Virus record (IMG/VR): IMGVR_UViG_2897118514_000003
Span: 1-64,000 of that record
Origin: an uncultured virus (IMG/VR IMGVR_UViG_2897118514_000003)
Taxonomy: Duplodnaviria; Heunggongvirae; Uroviricota; Caudoviricetes
Direction: 5' to 3' (one strand)
DNA: 64,000 nt
A program made the translations under genes and the position numbers. How positions within the stretch are numbered: the first letter of the stretch is position 1; each line of letters opens with the position of its first letter. Under the pieces are notes generated by a model. That model ran no database searches, had not been told where the DNA came from, and saw only the letters and a list, made by a program, of their open reading frames with translations. This document shows, piece after piece, positions 24,039-34,568 of the stretch.

Positions 24039-24233
24039 TTATATTGTTTCTTTAATATTTCTTAGCTTATCAAAAGTAGCCATTATATCTATATCACACC
24101 GTTTCCAAATCTGACTCTCTTCTGGCCTAAGTGTGTTCTCCAAATAAACATAAAGCTTATCTAATATCCCTTCAACAGTATCAATATCATCGATTATAAT
24201 ATCTCTGACAGTATCCTTAATGATACCCTCTCC

Positions 24234-24461
24234 CTATGAAAAAATGGTTATTGCTTTTCCGTTGTCATTTTTTATGTATGGGGAATATTTTCGCTCTAGG
24301 TAATTCCTTGACGTTCCTTCTCCCAGGCTTACATTATAAATATCACTTACCTTATGTACTTCATGTGCTTGTTCTTTTGCTTGTTCAGGTGATAGCGCCT
24401 CTATAACCAGAGACGCGTTTTCACCTTTGCCATCTTTACATCTTACATAGTACTTTTTCAA
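24234..24461 (-). CDS. yorX: Hypothetical protein
   Basis: TTG start gives 75 aa; synteny. Confidence 0.6.
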   Translation of the reverse strand: MKKYYVRCKDGKGENASLVIEALSPEQAKEQAHEVHKVSDIYNVSLGEGTSRNYLERKYSPYIKNDNGKAITIFS

Positions 24462-24495
24462 TAAACATCCCTTTATCCTTTCATTTTTCTTCAAC

Positions 24496-24867
24496 TTAAT
24501 GAATCAAAGCTCGATATGTATTTGGTTTAATATTATGAAGATCGACTAGGCGTGTTAATCGCTCGATTTCCTTACTCATCGCATAACACTGATCAACATA
24601 AAATTTCTTTGGCATAATAACAAACTGTCCATCTTTAAACCCTTCCGCACCGGCTTCTTGCATTGCAGCAGGAAATATATCGATCAGATTCCCTTTTTTA
24701 AAGCTCTCAATATACTCATCTACTGAAATAGTGTGCAAAACCTTAGCTAATACTCCATTGGTCTTTTCATCGTTATGTACGTAAATGCTTTGTGTATGTG
24801 GTTCAATAACTACAAAATCAAGAGCGTTTACCAAGTCAATTTTTTCTTGATCAGTTAGCATATTCAC
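24496..24867 (-). CDS. yorW: Hypothetical protein
   Basis: 121-123 aa; synteny. Confidence 0.65.
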   Translation of the reverse strand: MNMLTDQEKIDLVNALDFVVIEPHTQSIYVHNDEKTNGVLAKVLHTISVDEYIESFKKGNLIDIFPAAMQEAGAEGFKDGQFVIMPKKFYVDQCYAMSKEIERLTRLVDLHNIKPNTYRALIH

Positions 24868-25082
24868 TCTCCTTTTAAATACGACTTGAAAAACTCACTT
24901 AAATTATCAGCCATAGCTGCAGCAACTTCAGAAAAGTATTTATGTCTTTTCTCCTCTGATTTCAAAAACTCAACTGTCGTTTCTGCAATTTCTTTAATCC
25001 TGTCTTCTTTGATATTTCCATTCCTAACACGCTCTTTAATCTCCTCTGTCTCTCTTTTTAGGGACTCTGGGTAACTTTCCAA
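24864..25082 (-). CDS. yorV: Hypothetical protein
   Basis: TTG start after GAGGAG gives 72 aa. Confidence 0.65.
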   Translation of the reverse strand: MESYPESLKRETEEIKERVRNGNIKEDRIKEIAETTVEFLKSEEKRHKYFSEVAAAMADNLSEFFKSYLKGE

Positions 25083-25125
25083 TCGATCTACTCCTCTAAT
25101 TTTATATTTGAGTAAAAGACAAATT

Positions 25126-25911
25126 TTATACAGTTTGGAATACTTGCTGCTCATGCTCCTTAATCCATTCTAATGAACGTCCATAATATTGATCAGGATT
25201 GTCTTTATTCCATTCAAAACAAATGTAATTCCTATTTGTGTTTATACAGGCAATCGCTGCAGTTCCAGCTCCACTACAATTATCTAAAACCGTGTCGCCT
25301 TCATTTGAATATGTTTTAATAATTTTTTCGTAAAGCTCTACGGGTTTTTGAGTCGGGTGAAACTTTCTGGGATCATCGTTATTCATTACAGGTATTCTCC
25401 AAACACTTGTTGGGTATCTGTCAGTTTGTCCGCCACCTGATATTCCTGATTTTGTTTCTCCGTAGTTTGTTCCATCACTCGTGTGCTTTGTATATGTATT
25501 TGCAGGCTTATGCCCAGTTGTTTTCTGTGGATTATAAGTCGGTAATTTTTTATAGAAAACTAAGATTTCCTCATGTGATCTCAATGGCATTTTTTTAGCA
25601 TTCAAAAAACCTGTGCTTTTATTTTTCTCCCAAATGATATCGTATCTGTACATCTTAGGGTTGCTCGCAATAAGCAATGAAGAGAAAGGTTTTACAGCTG
25701 TTAAAACAATTGCGCCATTGTCTTTAATAACCCTTTTGTATTGTTTCCATAGCTCTTCCAAAGGCAAAATTTCATCCCACTTATTTCGATTTGTTACACC
25801 ATATGGTAGATCGCGTATAATCAAATCAATTGATTTATCTGGAACACGATTCATTCCTTTATTGTGTTCATTACTTAAACAATTTTCATTGAAAAGCTTG
25901 TTCAACTCCAA
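25126..25911 (-). CDS. Beta-class N4/N6 DNA methyltransferase
   Basis: DLPY, HPTQKP, VLDNCSGAGT. Confidence 0.9.
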   Translation of the reverse strand: MELNKLFNENCLSNEHNKGMNRVPDKSIDLIIRDLPYGVTNRNKWDEILPLEELWKQYKRVIKDNGAIVLTAVKPFSSLLIASNPKMYRYDIIWEKNKSTGFLNAKKMPLRSHEEILVFYKKLPTYNPQKTTGHKPANTYTKHTSDGTNYGETKSGISGGGQTDRYPTSVWRIPVMNNDDPRKFHPTQKPVELYEKIIKTYSNEGDTVLDNCSGAGTAAIACINTNRNYICFEWNKDNPDQYYGRSLEWIKEHEQQVFQTV

Positions 25912-25946
25912 TAATCCAACTCCTTTTTCTCTTTAAAATTGATCTT

Positions 25947-26756
25947 TTATTCAGTTGCTATGTAATCCTTCAATCGTTCGTTTGCAATATCACAATATTC
26001 CTTGCTAATCTCCGTACCTATGTATTTCCGATTATTTAAAACTGCCATCTTAGCTGTTGTTCCACTACCCATAAAAGGATCCAAAACGATGTCCCCTTCA
26101 TTTGACCAAGATAGAATGTGATCTTCGGCCAGACGTTCTGGGAAAATTGCAGGGTGCTCAAATGCAACTTTATCTAGTGTTGATTTTTGATGCCCGTTAG
26201 GGATCCTCCAGATGTTGAACCTTACACCGAATTCTTTCAGTAAGTTCTGTTTGTTATGCCTTACTTTTTCGCCATCCATTTTTCTATAATGACCTTTAAT
26301 ATGCTTTTTACCGTTATACCATTTGTTTTTTCTGTCTGAAATTAAATTTATAGTTTTTGGCTTTCCTTTTGAAAAGACAAACATGTACTCGAAAATTTGA
26401 TAATATCTGTTCTTATCTGGAAAGCTTATACTGTCCTTTTCATAAATCATGGTGTCATGAAGGTTAAAACCTATCTCTTTAAAATACAATGCCTGCTTAA
26501 AACTTGTGCCTGACTCGGATCCGTTATGTGTTTTATCTCCTATCACCCATACAACAACTCCGCCATCTTTGGTAACCCTATATAATTCTCTAGCTGTTGC
26601 TTCAAAATTGAATGAATACCCATTATATTTTCTTAAATCGTCATAAGGCGGTGATGTAACGGTTAAGTCAATAGAGCAATCACCCATATTCTCCCTCATG
26701 AATTGGACGCAATCTATATTATGTATTTTGTTTAAATCCTTTCCGTTTATATCCAT
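25947..26756 (-). CDS. Beta-class DNA methyltransferase (SPPY, probably N4-cytosine)
   Basis: TSPPY, HPAIFP, VLDPFMGSGTT. Confidence 0.9.
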   Translation of the reverse strand: MDINGKDLNKIHNIDCVQFMRENMGDCSIDLTVTSPPYDDLRKYNGYSFNFEATARELYRVTKDGGVVVWVIGDKTHNGSESGTSFKQALYFKEIGFNLHDTMIYEKDSISFPDKNRYYQIFEYMFVFSKGKPKTINLISDRKNKWYNGKKHIKGHYRKMDGEKVRHNKQNLLKEFGVRFNIWRIPNGHQKSTLDKVAFEHPAIFPERLAEDHILSWSNEGDIVLDPFMGSGTTAKMAVLNNRKYIGTEISKEYCDIANERLKDYIATE

Positions 26757-26783
26757 CTCTCCTTTCTCTATAAAAGAGATATT

Positions 26784-27302
26784 TTAAAGTAATTTTCGTT
26801 CAATCTCTTCCCAGTTCATAACACGAATAAATCTGTTGTCATTCCTGTTATGGGGAGCATCAAATAGAATCTTCATTCCTTCAAATGATTCTAAGTTATG
26901 TATTCCGTCATCTATCATGATGTCTGCTTTAATTATGCTTTTATTGCCACAAAGCACTACATTGCTATGTGGGATAAATGAAAAATGCTCAGTGAGCCAT
27001 TCAAGCTTTGCTTTAAGGGACTCTGGATGGTTTGTTGCAGTAGTCACAACATACACTTCATATTTCTTCATCAGCTCTTTTACCACTCTTTGGCTACCTT
27101 CTATAACATCAAGATTTCTGAACAAATCGTAATCTAAATGTCTATAAACATTGTTGTTGGTATTTGTATATTTTTTAATGTCCCAACATAGTATTTCTTC
27201 CTCTTTGAGAAAAGGATCATCGTGTGTGTTAATGTAAGCTACCCAATCACTTAGTAAATCAGCTAATACCTGATCCATGTCAATCGCAATTACTTTTTTC
27301 AT
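26784..27302 (-). CDS. yorS: 5'(3')-deoxyribonucleotidase (HAD)
   Basis: 172 aa; IDMDQVLAD, MIDD. Confidence 0.9.
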   Translation of the reverse strand: MKKVIAIDMDQVLADLLSDWVAYINTHDDPFLKEEEILCWDIKKYTNTNNNVYRHLDYDLFRNLDVIEGSQRVVKELMKKYEVYVVTTATNHPESLKAKLEWLTEHFSFIPHSNVVLCGNKSIIKADIMIDDGIHNLESFEGMKILFDAPHNRNDNRFIRVMNWEEIERKLL

Positions 27303-27310
27303 AAATTCCC

Positions 27311-27808
27311 CTATTCCACTAAAAAGATTATGTCTTTAGCAATTTCGTCACTTGACCATTGTCCAGTATCCCATGAATATGTATGTAATCCCGCATTGCT
27401 CATAACTTCTCTGTACAACTCTAAAATTGAATCAATGTCTTTTCCTTCAATATACTCATCTCCCCGAATGCTTAACCGTTCCTTAATAACACTTGGATCA
27501 GCATGCAAGTATACAACCTTTGCTTTCAATTTAATTTTATCCTCAATAATTCTAAGCTGCTGTTCTGTAAGGATCGAGTAATCTTTGAATTTCTTTGCAT
27601 ATACCAAGTTAGAATAAACAAACCTGTCAATAATCACGCTGTCTTCGTCAGCTAATCTGTTGAAGTGCTCAAATAATTTCTGATTCCCGCTTGTGGCCAA
27701 CTCAAAGCTTGAACCTTTGATAATTGGATACTTCATAGCTTTGCTTAGCTTTGCTGCAACTGTTGATTTAAAGCAGCAATCAGGCCCCTCCAAGATAATT
27801 AATGCCAT
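27311..27808 (-). CDS. yorR: Nucleoside/nucleotide kinase-like protein
   Basis: 165 aa; EGPDCCFKST P-loop, IIDR. Confidence 0.85.
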   Translation of the reverse strand: MALIILEGPDCCFKSTVAAKLSKAMKYPIIKGSSFELATSGNQKLFEHFNRLADEDSVIIDRFVYSNLVYAKKFKDYSILTEQQLRIIEDKIKLKAKVVYLHADPSVIKERLSIRGDEYIEGKDIDSILELYREVMSNAGLHTYSWDTGQWSSDEIAKDIIFLVE

Positions 27809-27963
27809 TAATCCTCCACCTTTCTTATTTTATGAAATCCAACAACCTGGTACGTACCATCAGAATACTTCACTTCCACCTGATTGTATCGATAATCAAC
27901 TTTCGCAACAGCTCCAGTCTCACCTGTAAAATCAACAATTACCTTTTGACCTTTTTTAAACAT
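27808..27963 (-). CDS. yorQ: 51-aa protein
   Basis: MFKKGQKVIVDFTGETG... read manually; synteny. Confidence 0.6.
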   Translation of the reverse strand: MFKKGQKVIVDFTGETGAVAKVDYRYNQVEVKYSDGTYQVVGFHKIRKVED

Positions 27964-28171
27964 AAGTTAAACCTCCCTTTAGTGGTGTTAATTCATGTTC
28001 TTTAAAGTAAGTAATGTCACCTGTTTCATCGCTAACTGCATAGTCATATGTAGCTGAATGCAAATGCTCAATAATCTTTCCTTTTCTTCCAACATGATGA
28101 GGACAGCCATATCGTGCATTATTGTTAATTTCTACAGCTAGTCCAACAGGATAACTCCAGTATTTAGGCAA
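27956..28171 (-). CDS. yorP: Hypothetical protein
   Basis: 71 aa; synteny. Confidence 0.7.
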   Translation of the reverse strand: MPKYWSYPVGLAVEINNNARYGCPHHVGRKGKIIEHLHSATYDYAVSDETGDITYFKEHELTPLKGGLTYV

Positions 28172-28182
28172 TTTAATACCCC

Positions 28183-28833
28183 CTAATTAATAATTGAAAC
28201 CGTTCCATGTTGTCTCCCGAAGTTAATTGCATCATGTTCATTTGATACCAGCAAGTCCACTTTATTGCCAACAATCGCTCCACCTGTATCAATGGCTATG
28301 GCCTTAAATGAACTCCCTCCTACTTTTATTAATACTACGGAGTTAAGTGGAATAATACTTGGATCTGTAGCTATTACTCTATAACCTTTGTAAAAAATTG
28401 ATTGTGTTACATCTACGCCAGTTTTGGTTCGACCGGTGCAGCCTTCGGTACAGTTAGCAACATATGCACTAAATTCGATATCTAGTGTCTTAGCATCATC
28501 ATTTTTCACATATATAATTTTATTTTTATTCTTTATTTGTTTATTCTTGTTTTTACCCTCACCTCCCTTCTTGATACTTTTCTTTTTCACTGGTTTGGGT
28601 TTGATAATAGCTGCGTTAAGAATATCATCTCGCCGCTTTTCTTGTTTAGCTTTCTGCTTCTTAGAAACTTCATCGAACTTATTTAGCACCTGATTCTTGT
28701 GTTGTGGTAAGTTGATTTGTTTTGGTTTTCCATAAAATGATTCTTTTATTGAGTTATGATTGTTTCCGGTGTCTAAATGATGTTGTTCGAAATTTATGTA
28801 TGAAAAGGTTGCCAGTGGGATTAAAATCATCAT
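28183..28833 (-). CDS. yorM: 3D-domain cell-wall protein; true start may be further upstream
   Basis: IATDPSIIPL, AIDTGGAI, VDLL 3D motifs. Confidence 0.8.
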   Translation of the reverse strand: MMILIPLATFSYINFEQHHLDTGNNHNSIKESFYGKPKQINLPQHKNQVLNKFDEVSKKQKAKQEKRRDDILNAAIIKPKPVKKKSIKKGGEGKNKNKQIKNKNKIIYVKNDDAKTLDIEFSAYVANCTEGCTGRTKTGVDVTQSIFYKGYRVIATDPSIIPLNSVVLIKVGGSSFKAIAIDTGGAIVGNKVDLLVSNEHDAINFGRQHGTVSIIN

Positions 28834-28907
28834 AGCACACTTAGTTTTTATTGTATATAACTTAATTTTATTTTTATTCTTTATTTCTTTATAGATAAGG
28901 CTTCCTC

Positions 28908-31900
28908 CTATATTTCTGCCCTTTTTGTTGTCAAACGCATATTTCCTTCATTATCAACATTGTCTATTCTGCAGACAGTGTGATTATATATGCTATCTTT
29001 ATAGACTTTCGGAATAAAATTGTTACCTCTTCTGAAACCAGTAAACATGAGCAATGTTCCTCTGGTATACCAAGATTTCTCGACTACCTCTTTCTTTCCG
29101 CCGCCAATGGATCTAGAAATCTGTTTATTGTAATGACTAAAGCTACCCGACCACTGTTTAACTGCAACCACCCCTGTAGGTGTTAGAAGAGTAATTGTAT
29201 GTTTGTTTTTATCCCTATCTAAAACAGTGCCTATAATCCGTGTAGTCTCATATTCATAGAGAGTTTTCCCTCTCCATTGATAAGGTTTACCTTTGACCGG
29301 CTCTGCTGGCAGTTTATAAAAGTCAGCAATATCATACTTGGCAAAGTTTACACCAGAAAGCTCATGGTCATTATAATAATAGCTCAATGAATCCATTTCC
29401 CACTTGCCTAATGACCCATCGGCGTATTTTTCCCACTCTTTTATTAATAAACAATCATTCAATTTCTTCAGTGGTTCTTCTGTTGTTATCCAGGACTTTA
29501 TATTAGACATCTTGTTATCATATTCTTTTTTAAAAGCTTTTTCAGAAATGACAAGCTGCCCGTTTAACATGTCAACAACACTATCCTCACTGAAATACTG
29601 GTTATAAAATGAAGCTGATACATCATCCAATAAAAGAAGTTTATCTTTTGGCGACTTTAATGTTTTGTACACCTTTTTGCTGATGTAATCTTTAAAGCGA
29701 AAGAATCTCACTTCTTGTGCAAATTCTGAAGGAACAATGTTGTTTTCAATTAGCATTTTTAAATTAGACAACGTAAGCTTACTTTTTGGTTCTGATATTA
29801 ATCTAATAAAGGCCTTCATGATTTCTTGCCTGTCTCCAAAAGAATCAAAGCAGCCTCCTTTTATTAATTGGATTACTTGTCCTTTCTTAATAATGCCGCT
29901 CTTAAACATTCTTTCAATAAAGTCGTTAAAGTCACTATATGGTCTATTTAGAACTATATGATGAATAACATCGTCTCCAATTCCATTCATTCCTTTAAGT
30001 CCAAATAAAATTGAATTGTTGTTAATATCAGTCCTAAAACCAAAATCAGCCTTATTTATATCTGGGAGGTCTATTTTAATCCCTCTTTGTCTGATGTTTC
30101 CGATGGCTGAAGCAACTTTTCCGTAGTTTGTAGCAGCTGTCTTTTTGTTGTCTTTTGTATCCTCGGTATCTATTCCTCCGCTGTTTACCGTTAAACAAGC
30201 AGTATTCCAGTATAAAGGATTATATCGATAGTTTAAGTTCAATTCCTGTAATGCAATAATTGAATATGCCAAGGTATGAAGTAAACTAAAACTGTAGCCA
30301 AACTGTCTTTTAAATTGAACATTCCAGACATAATTCAACAGGTTATCAGAAGTGCCAATCTCCTTTCCTTTTTTAAAAAACAATTCTTCCACTTCTTTTA
30401 GTACATCTTCTTTCTTTTTTGCTATGGATTTCCTAAGATAATTTGATTCTTTAATGTCAAAGTTAGCTATATCTTTATCCATAACCATCTGCATAACCAC
30501 TTCTTGAGTATCAGCAACACCATAAATGTCCTTAAGGTGCCTCTCCATTACTCTGATTTCCTTTTCGCTTAGACCGTACCGTGTCATTTCTTCATACCAT
30601 TTATTAAGGTTATTTTTGTATTTAACATATGTATCTACAGGCTGTTCTTCACCGTCTGACATAAGCCTCATTAAAGAATTGGTTACTGCTGCTTCAAGTA
30701 AGTTCTTAGGTTTTACTTTGACAACTGATTGATGACCGACTTCAGTTGAGAACTGGAATAAATCCATGATCTCCCCATTACCAGCCATTTCCCATAGCTT
30801 ATCATCTTCATACTCAATTACGTCTGGATGGATGTATTTGTTGTATGTTTCCTTCAAGCTTCCTTGCCATTCAATTTCTTTATTCTCGATTAATTGGTCT
30901 AATGTTACTCTAATCTTATCTAAAGCTTCAATTGTAAGAAGGTCAAACTTTACTGAGCCCATGGCTTCACTGTCACCCATATTAAACTGTGTAATATAAG
31001 CTCCTTTAGGAGTTTTCATCATTGCATTCGACTTTGTATATTCATCGTTAAAGATAATTACTCCGGCTGCATGAGAAGAGCGCTTATTAGTTAACCCTTC
31101 AATTTTTAAAGCTGTTTCTTTAAGATTAGGGTATTGTTCAACCTCCCTAATAAACTCTTTAATCGGCTTCCTGCCAGTTTCTTTGTCACCATAAAAACAA
31201 TGCTTCAAAGGCCAGTTAGATCCTCTTTCAAATGGAATCATTCCACTTAAATACTGGGATATATCATTATCGATTCCTAAGCCTCTACATGCTGTCTGAA
31301 GCGCTGATTTTGAACCCTCAGTTCCAAAAGTAGCAATTTGAAGAACACGCTTGTCTCCAAACCTTTCTCTTAGTGCCTTAAGAATTTTTTGTCTTTTTGA
31401 TCCTTCAGTATCAATATCGATATCTGGTAGGTCAGGTCTCGATTTATGTATATGTCTCCAATGTGGTAAATCATATTGCATTGGATTAATTTGAGTATTG
31501 TCGAGTAGATAATTAACTAAGTAACCTGCAGCACTTCCCCTGGCTGCCCCAACTAAACTATCTCCTCCACACTCATCATCCCAAATAATATTAATGATTT
31601 CTCTAACTGTTATGTAATAAGAAGACATAGACTGATTCAGCTTTTGGCTGATTTCCCAAAGTTCACCCAGCTCAACGTTAATCCTGTTCAATATTTTATG
31701 AAAAGCTTCTCTCGTTAGTTCGCTTGTTTTTAATTTCTCTTCAAATCCGTCCTCAATTAACTTAAGGAGATATCTATCTTGTTCATCTGCTGATTCAGAC
31801 ATCTTTTTTATATATTCATATTGATCATATGCTGGTTTAAATAAATGTCTTAATTTAAAGTTTGGAAGCTCCATCTTAGGGATAATTGGTTCGTGCTCTA

Positions 31901-32825
31901 TAGTATAGTCTTCAATCATCTCACCAATGAGCATTGTATTTTTTATGGCCTGATCGATGACTTCTTTATCAATGTAATCCATTCTCTCATGAATTTCATC
32001 AACGTTTTGAACGAAACAGGCTTCATAAAAGGAATCAACTTCTCTTTCTCCATCCTTAGCGTTTAAAAAGGCTTGATGAATTGCTCTATCTTCTGGTCTT
32101 AGATAGTGAGCATCTGTTGTAACAATCATTTGCAAGTCATACCCGTTGGCTATATCTATCAGCTTCTTGTTACAGTAAATTTGTTCTTCACTCAGTGCAG
32201 GTTGAAGCTCGATAAAAAACTTATCCTTCCCAAAAACCTCAATACACCAAGTTATAAACTCATGAATCTTTAGTTTGTGCTGCTTAATTGACTGAGAATC
32301 ACCAGTTTCTTCAAAAGCCTTTATCTTTAACAGATGAATGTTTACCTCAGACCCCAGGCAAGCTGTGGTAGCAATGATGTGGCCTGGATCTGTACTTAAT
32401 AGCTCCTCTACATCCTTTTTTACTGTCGGCACTCTTTCCATTGTTCCTGTATAAAATGAGTTTTCCCAGGCTTGTGAAGACAGTATTCTTAACTGCTCAT
32501 GTCCTTTCGGATCAATTGCCAACATCAAGAAATGCGGAAATTTAGTCTCTCCCGATTTATAGTTATCTCGAACTTCCTCTAAAGAATCGACTAGATACGC
32601 TTCATTGCCCAATATCAGTTTGAAATCTTTTGGCATGTCCCCCTTCTTTTTCATTTCTCTAACTGTTCGAATAGCATCTAAATGTGCTGAGAGGACTTCA
32701 TGGTCTGTTATGGCCAGTCCCTTATATTCCATCTTCACTGCAGTTTTGAGCAGTTCTTTAACTGAGTTTGTTGAGTCTAGAAGCCTTATGTTACTCCTAT
32801 CTGTGTGGCAGTGACATCCTAACAA
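28908..32825 (-). CDS. yorL: DNA polymerase III alpha-like (DnaE)
   Basis: 1305 aa; PHP HCH/TDH, RGSAAG, PDIDID. Confidence 0.95.
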   Translation of the reverse strand: MLGCHCHTDRSNIRLLDSTNSVKELLKTAVKMEYKGLAITDHEVLSAHLDAIRTVREMKKKGDMPKDFKLILGNEAYLVDSLEEVRDNYKSGETKFPHFLMLAIDPKGHEQLRILSSQAWENSFYTGTMERVPTVKKDVEELLSTDPGHIIATTACLGSEVNIHLLKIKAFEETGDSQSIKQHKLKIHEFITWCIEVFGKDKFFIELQPALSEEQIYCNKKLIDIANGYDLQMIVTTDAHYLRPEDRAIHQAFLNAKDGEREVDSFYEACFVQNVDEIHERMDYIDKEVIDQAIKNTMLIGEMIEDYTIEHEPIIPKMELPNFKLRHLFKPAYDQYEYIKKMSESADEQDRYLLKLIEDGFEEKLKTSELTREAFHKILNRINVELGELWEISQKLNQSMSSYYITVREIINIIWDDECGGDSLVGAARGSAAGYLVNYLLDNTQINPMQYDLPHWRHIHKSRPDLPDIDIDTEGSKRQKILKALRERFGDKRVLQIATFGTEGSKSALQTACRGLGIDNDISQYLSGMIPFERGSNWPLKHCFYGDKETGRKPIKEFIREVEQYPNLKETALKIEGLTNKRSSHAAGVIIFNDEYTKSNAMMKTPKGAYITQFNMGDSEAMGSVKFDLLTIEALDKIRVTLDQLIENKEIEWQGSLKETYNKYIHPDVIEYEDDKLWEMAGNGEIMDLFQFSTEVGHQSVVKVKPKNLLEAAVTNSLMRLMSDGEEQPVDTYVKYKNNLNKWYEEMTRYGLSEKEIRVMERHLKDIYGVADTQEVVMQMVMDKDIANFDIKESNYLRKSIAKKKEDVLKEVEELFFKKGKEIGTSDNLLNYVWNVQFKRQFGYSFSLLHTLAYSIIALQELNLNYRYNPLYWNTACLTVNSGGIDTEDTKDNKKTAATNYGKVASAIGNIRQRGIKIDLPDINKADFGFRTDINNNSILFGLKGMNGIGDDVIHHIVLNRPYSDFNDFIERMFKSGIIKKGQVIQLIKGGCFDSFGDRQEIMKAFIRLISEPKSKLTLSNLKMLIENNIVPSEFAQEVRFFRFKDYISKKVYKTLKSPKDKLLLLDDVSASFYNQYFSEDSVVDMLNGQLVISEKAFKKEYDNKMSNIKSWITTEEPLKKLNDCLLIKEWEKYADGSLGKWEMDSLSYYYNDHELSGVNFAKYDIADFYKLPAEPVKGKPYQWRGKTLYEYETTRIIGTVLDRDKNKHTITLLTPTGVVAVKQWSGSFSHYNKQISRSIGGGKKEVVEKSWYTRGTLLMFTGFRRGNNFIPKVYKDSIYNHTVCRIDNVDNEGNMRLTTKRAEI

Positions 32826-32837
32826 CTTTCTTCCCCC

Positions 32838-34568
32838 TTAAAACACAAGTTCTTTTTGTTTTGTGCGAACCACCTCCAATTCATAAATCTCGATTTGAGG
32901 TGTTTTCTTGCCTTTGTATTCATTTGCCTTTGCTTTGCCAATTACATTAATGACTAACGTTCCATTTGATGCAGTAAGCTGATTAAAGTAATTCTCATCA
33001 CTTTTAAACCTTATGTATTCAATATCGCCATGCTTAAATTTAACAGTTGTCTTATTCTTTTTCCCTAAATGCTCAATTTGTTCGACTTCAATTTCAAGAT
33101 CCGTTATAGCTATTAAGGGTTCTTCAACTTTGTAACCCCAATAGTTTTTGTAACCATCAAGTTGAAGGATAAATTCTTTTCTCAATCGTTTTGCTGGTAT
33201 CTCAAAATCAACATTCTGAATATCTTCTTCGATATCTATGTCTTTAAATTTTTCATTCAGCACTTTGTTCACCAGGATTAAGTTCTGTCGTTTAATTGCA
33301 AAGCCAGCTGCATTCGGGTGACCTTCAACAAACTCAAATAATCCAGTATCTATAAGCTCTTTCTTAAAATCCTTTATAAACCCTTTATCATATCCTCGTA
33401 TAGAGCCACTCAAGATATCTTTACCTTTTTCGGGATCGTTTCTGGCTAACAAGACCGGCTTTTTATATTCTTCTGCAAGCTGATTGGCCACCAGTCCAGT
33501 TAGGCTTTTATCTAGAATTCCTTCAATGTAAACAATCAGTACTTTATTCGCTGTTAAACTTTTCTCCTCTATTCTATTTTTAATTTCAGCTCCAGCTGCA
33601 TCTGCAATCCGTTTCTGCTTTGCTTTTAGATTTCCTAGAATCCTAACTGTGTCATCATGTATTGACACAAGCTCAGTTTCACTTTGTCCACGTTTTTTGT
33701 AGGGTACCTTTTCTTTAGAAAGGAGGAATGCTCTCATCATTTGATCTTTTTCTTCACTGCTTCCAACCCTAATGGCAGCGTTAATTAAAGGGTTAATAAA
33801 GAACTGTGTATTCTGTATGCTCTTGTCACCCTTGGTTGAAAACTCTTGCTTCTTAAACAGCTTCTTTAATAATGGATGTTTTATTTTCTTCAAGCCTTCA
33901 TTCATAAAATACCTGGTTTCAAGGTTTCTTGAATCAGCCGAATCAGCAATGTTACCAATAGATACAAGGTCTAAGAATTGTTCGGCTTCATTTTTATTTA
34001 GCTTTTCATCAATTGCCTGGCAAAATTTATAGGCCATTCCTGCACCTGTCAGAGTTTTATTCGAATAATTAGGCGAAAGTTGATTATTTACTACGATCGC
34101 ATGTTCAGACACTCGTTCACATTCATGGTGATCAATAACAATTATTTCTGTGCCTCTCTTATTAAGAGCCTCATGTTCCTCAAATTGACTTGAACCTGCA
34201 TCTGGGATTATGACTAAGTCAACATCATCAGGAATTGTATCAATAAAAATCCCATGCTCTTTCCCATCTTGAATTCTGTAATGTATATTAGCTTTCGGAC
34301 AAATCTTCTTTATGTAATTTATAATGATTGAGCTGGATGTGTATCCATCAACATCACTGTCTACCTGAACAAACAATTTATTTTTATTATTTAAATGCCT
34401 GATAAGACAATCTGCAGCTTTATCAATATTATTAAGCTTTGAATAATGAATAACTGAATTGTGATCAACATTAACAAACAACTTTGGATCTTCTATGCCT
34501 CTATTTTTTAAGATAGTAGCTAAAGGATCGAAATTATAATCATTGTCGCCAATTAGTCTATACTCCAT
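32838..34568 (-). CDS. yorK: RecJ-like DHH ssDNA exonuclease
   Basis: 576 aa; DSDVDG, DHH, GHPNAAG. Confidence 0.93.
   Translation of the reverse strand: MEYRLIGDNDYNFDPLATILKNRGIEDPKLFVNVDHNSVIHYSKLNNIDKAADCLIRHLNNKNKLFVQVDSDVDGYTSSSIIINYIKKICPKANIHYRIQDGKEHGIFIDTIPDDVDLVIIPDAGSSQFEEHEALNKRGTEIIVIDHHECERVSEHAIVVNNQLSPNYSNKTLTGAGMAYKFCQAIDEKLNKNEAEQFLDLVSIGNIADSADSRNLETRYFMNEGLKKIKHPLLKKLFKKQEFSTKGDKSIQNTQFFINPLINAAIRVGSSEEKDQMMRAFLLSKEKVPYKKRGQSETELVSIHDDTVRILGNLKAKQKRIADAAGAEIKNRIEEKSLTANKVLIVYIEGILDKSLTGLVANQLAEEYKKPVLLARNDPEKGKDILSGSIRGYDKGFIKDFKKELIDTGLFEFVEGHPNAAGFAIKRQNLILVNKVLNEKFKDIDIEEDIQNVDFEIPAKRLRKEFILQLDGYKNYWGYKVEEPLIAITDLEIEVEQIEHLGKKNKTTVKFKHGDIEYIRFKSDENYFNQLTASNGTLVINVIGKAKANEYKGKKTPQIEIYELEVVRTKQKELVF

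Larger units (their letters stand above)
5768..26786. repeat. Dispersed palindrome TAAAA-N6-TTTTA at gene junctions, left cluster
   Basis: Perfect 16-bp copies start at 5768, 7736, 9478, 10404, 15281, 21460, 21858, 23259, 23741, 25113, 25934, 26771; one-mismatch copy at 20694. Confidence 0.9.
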
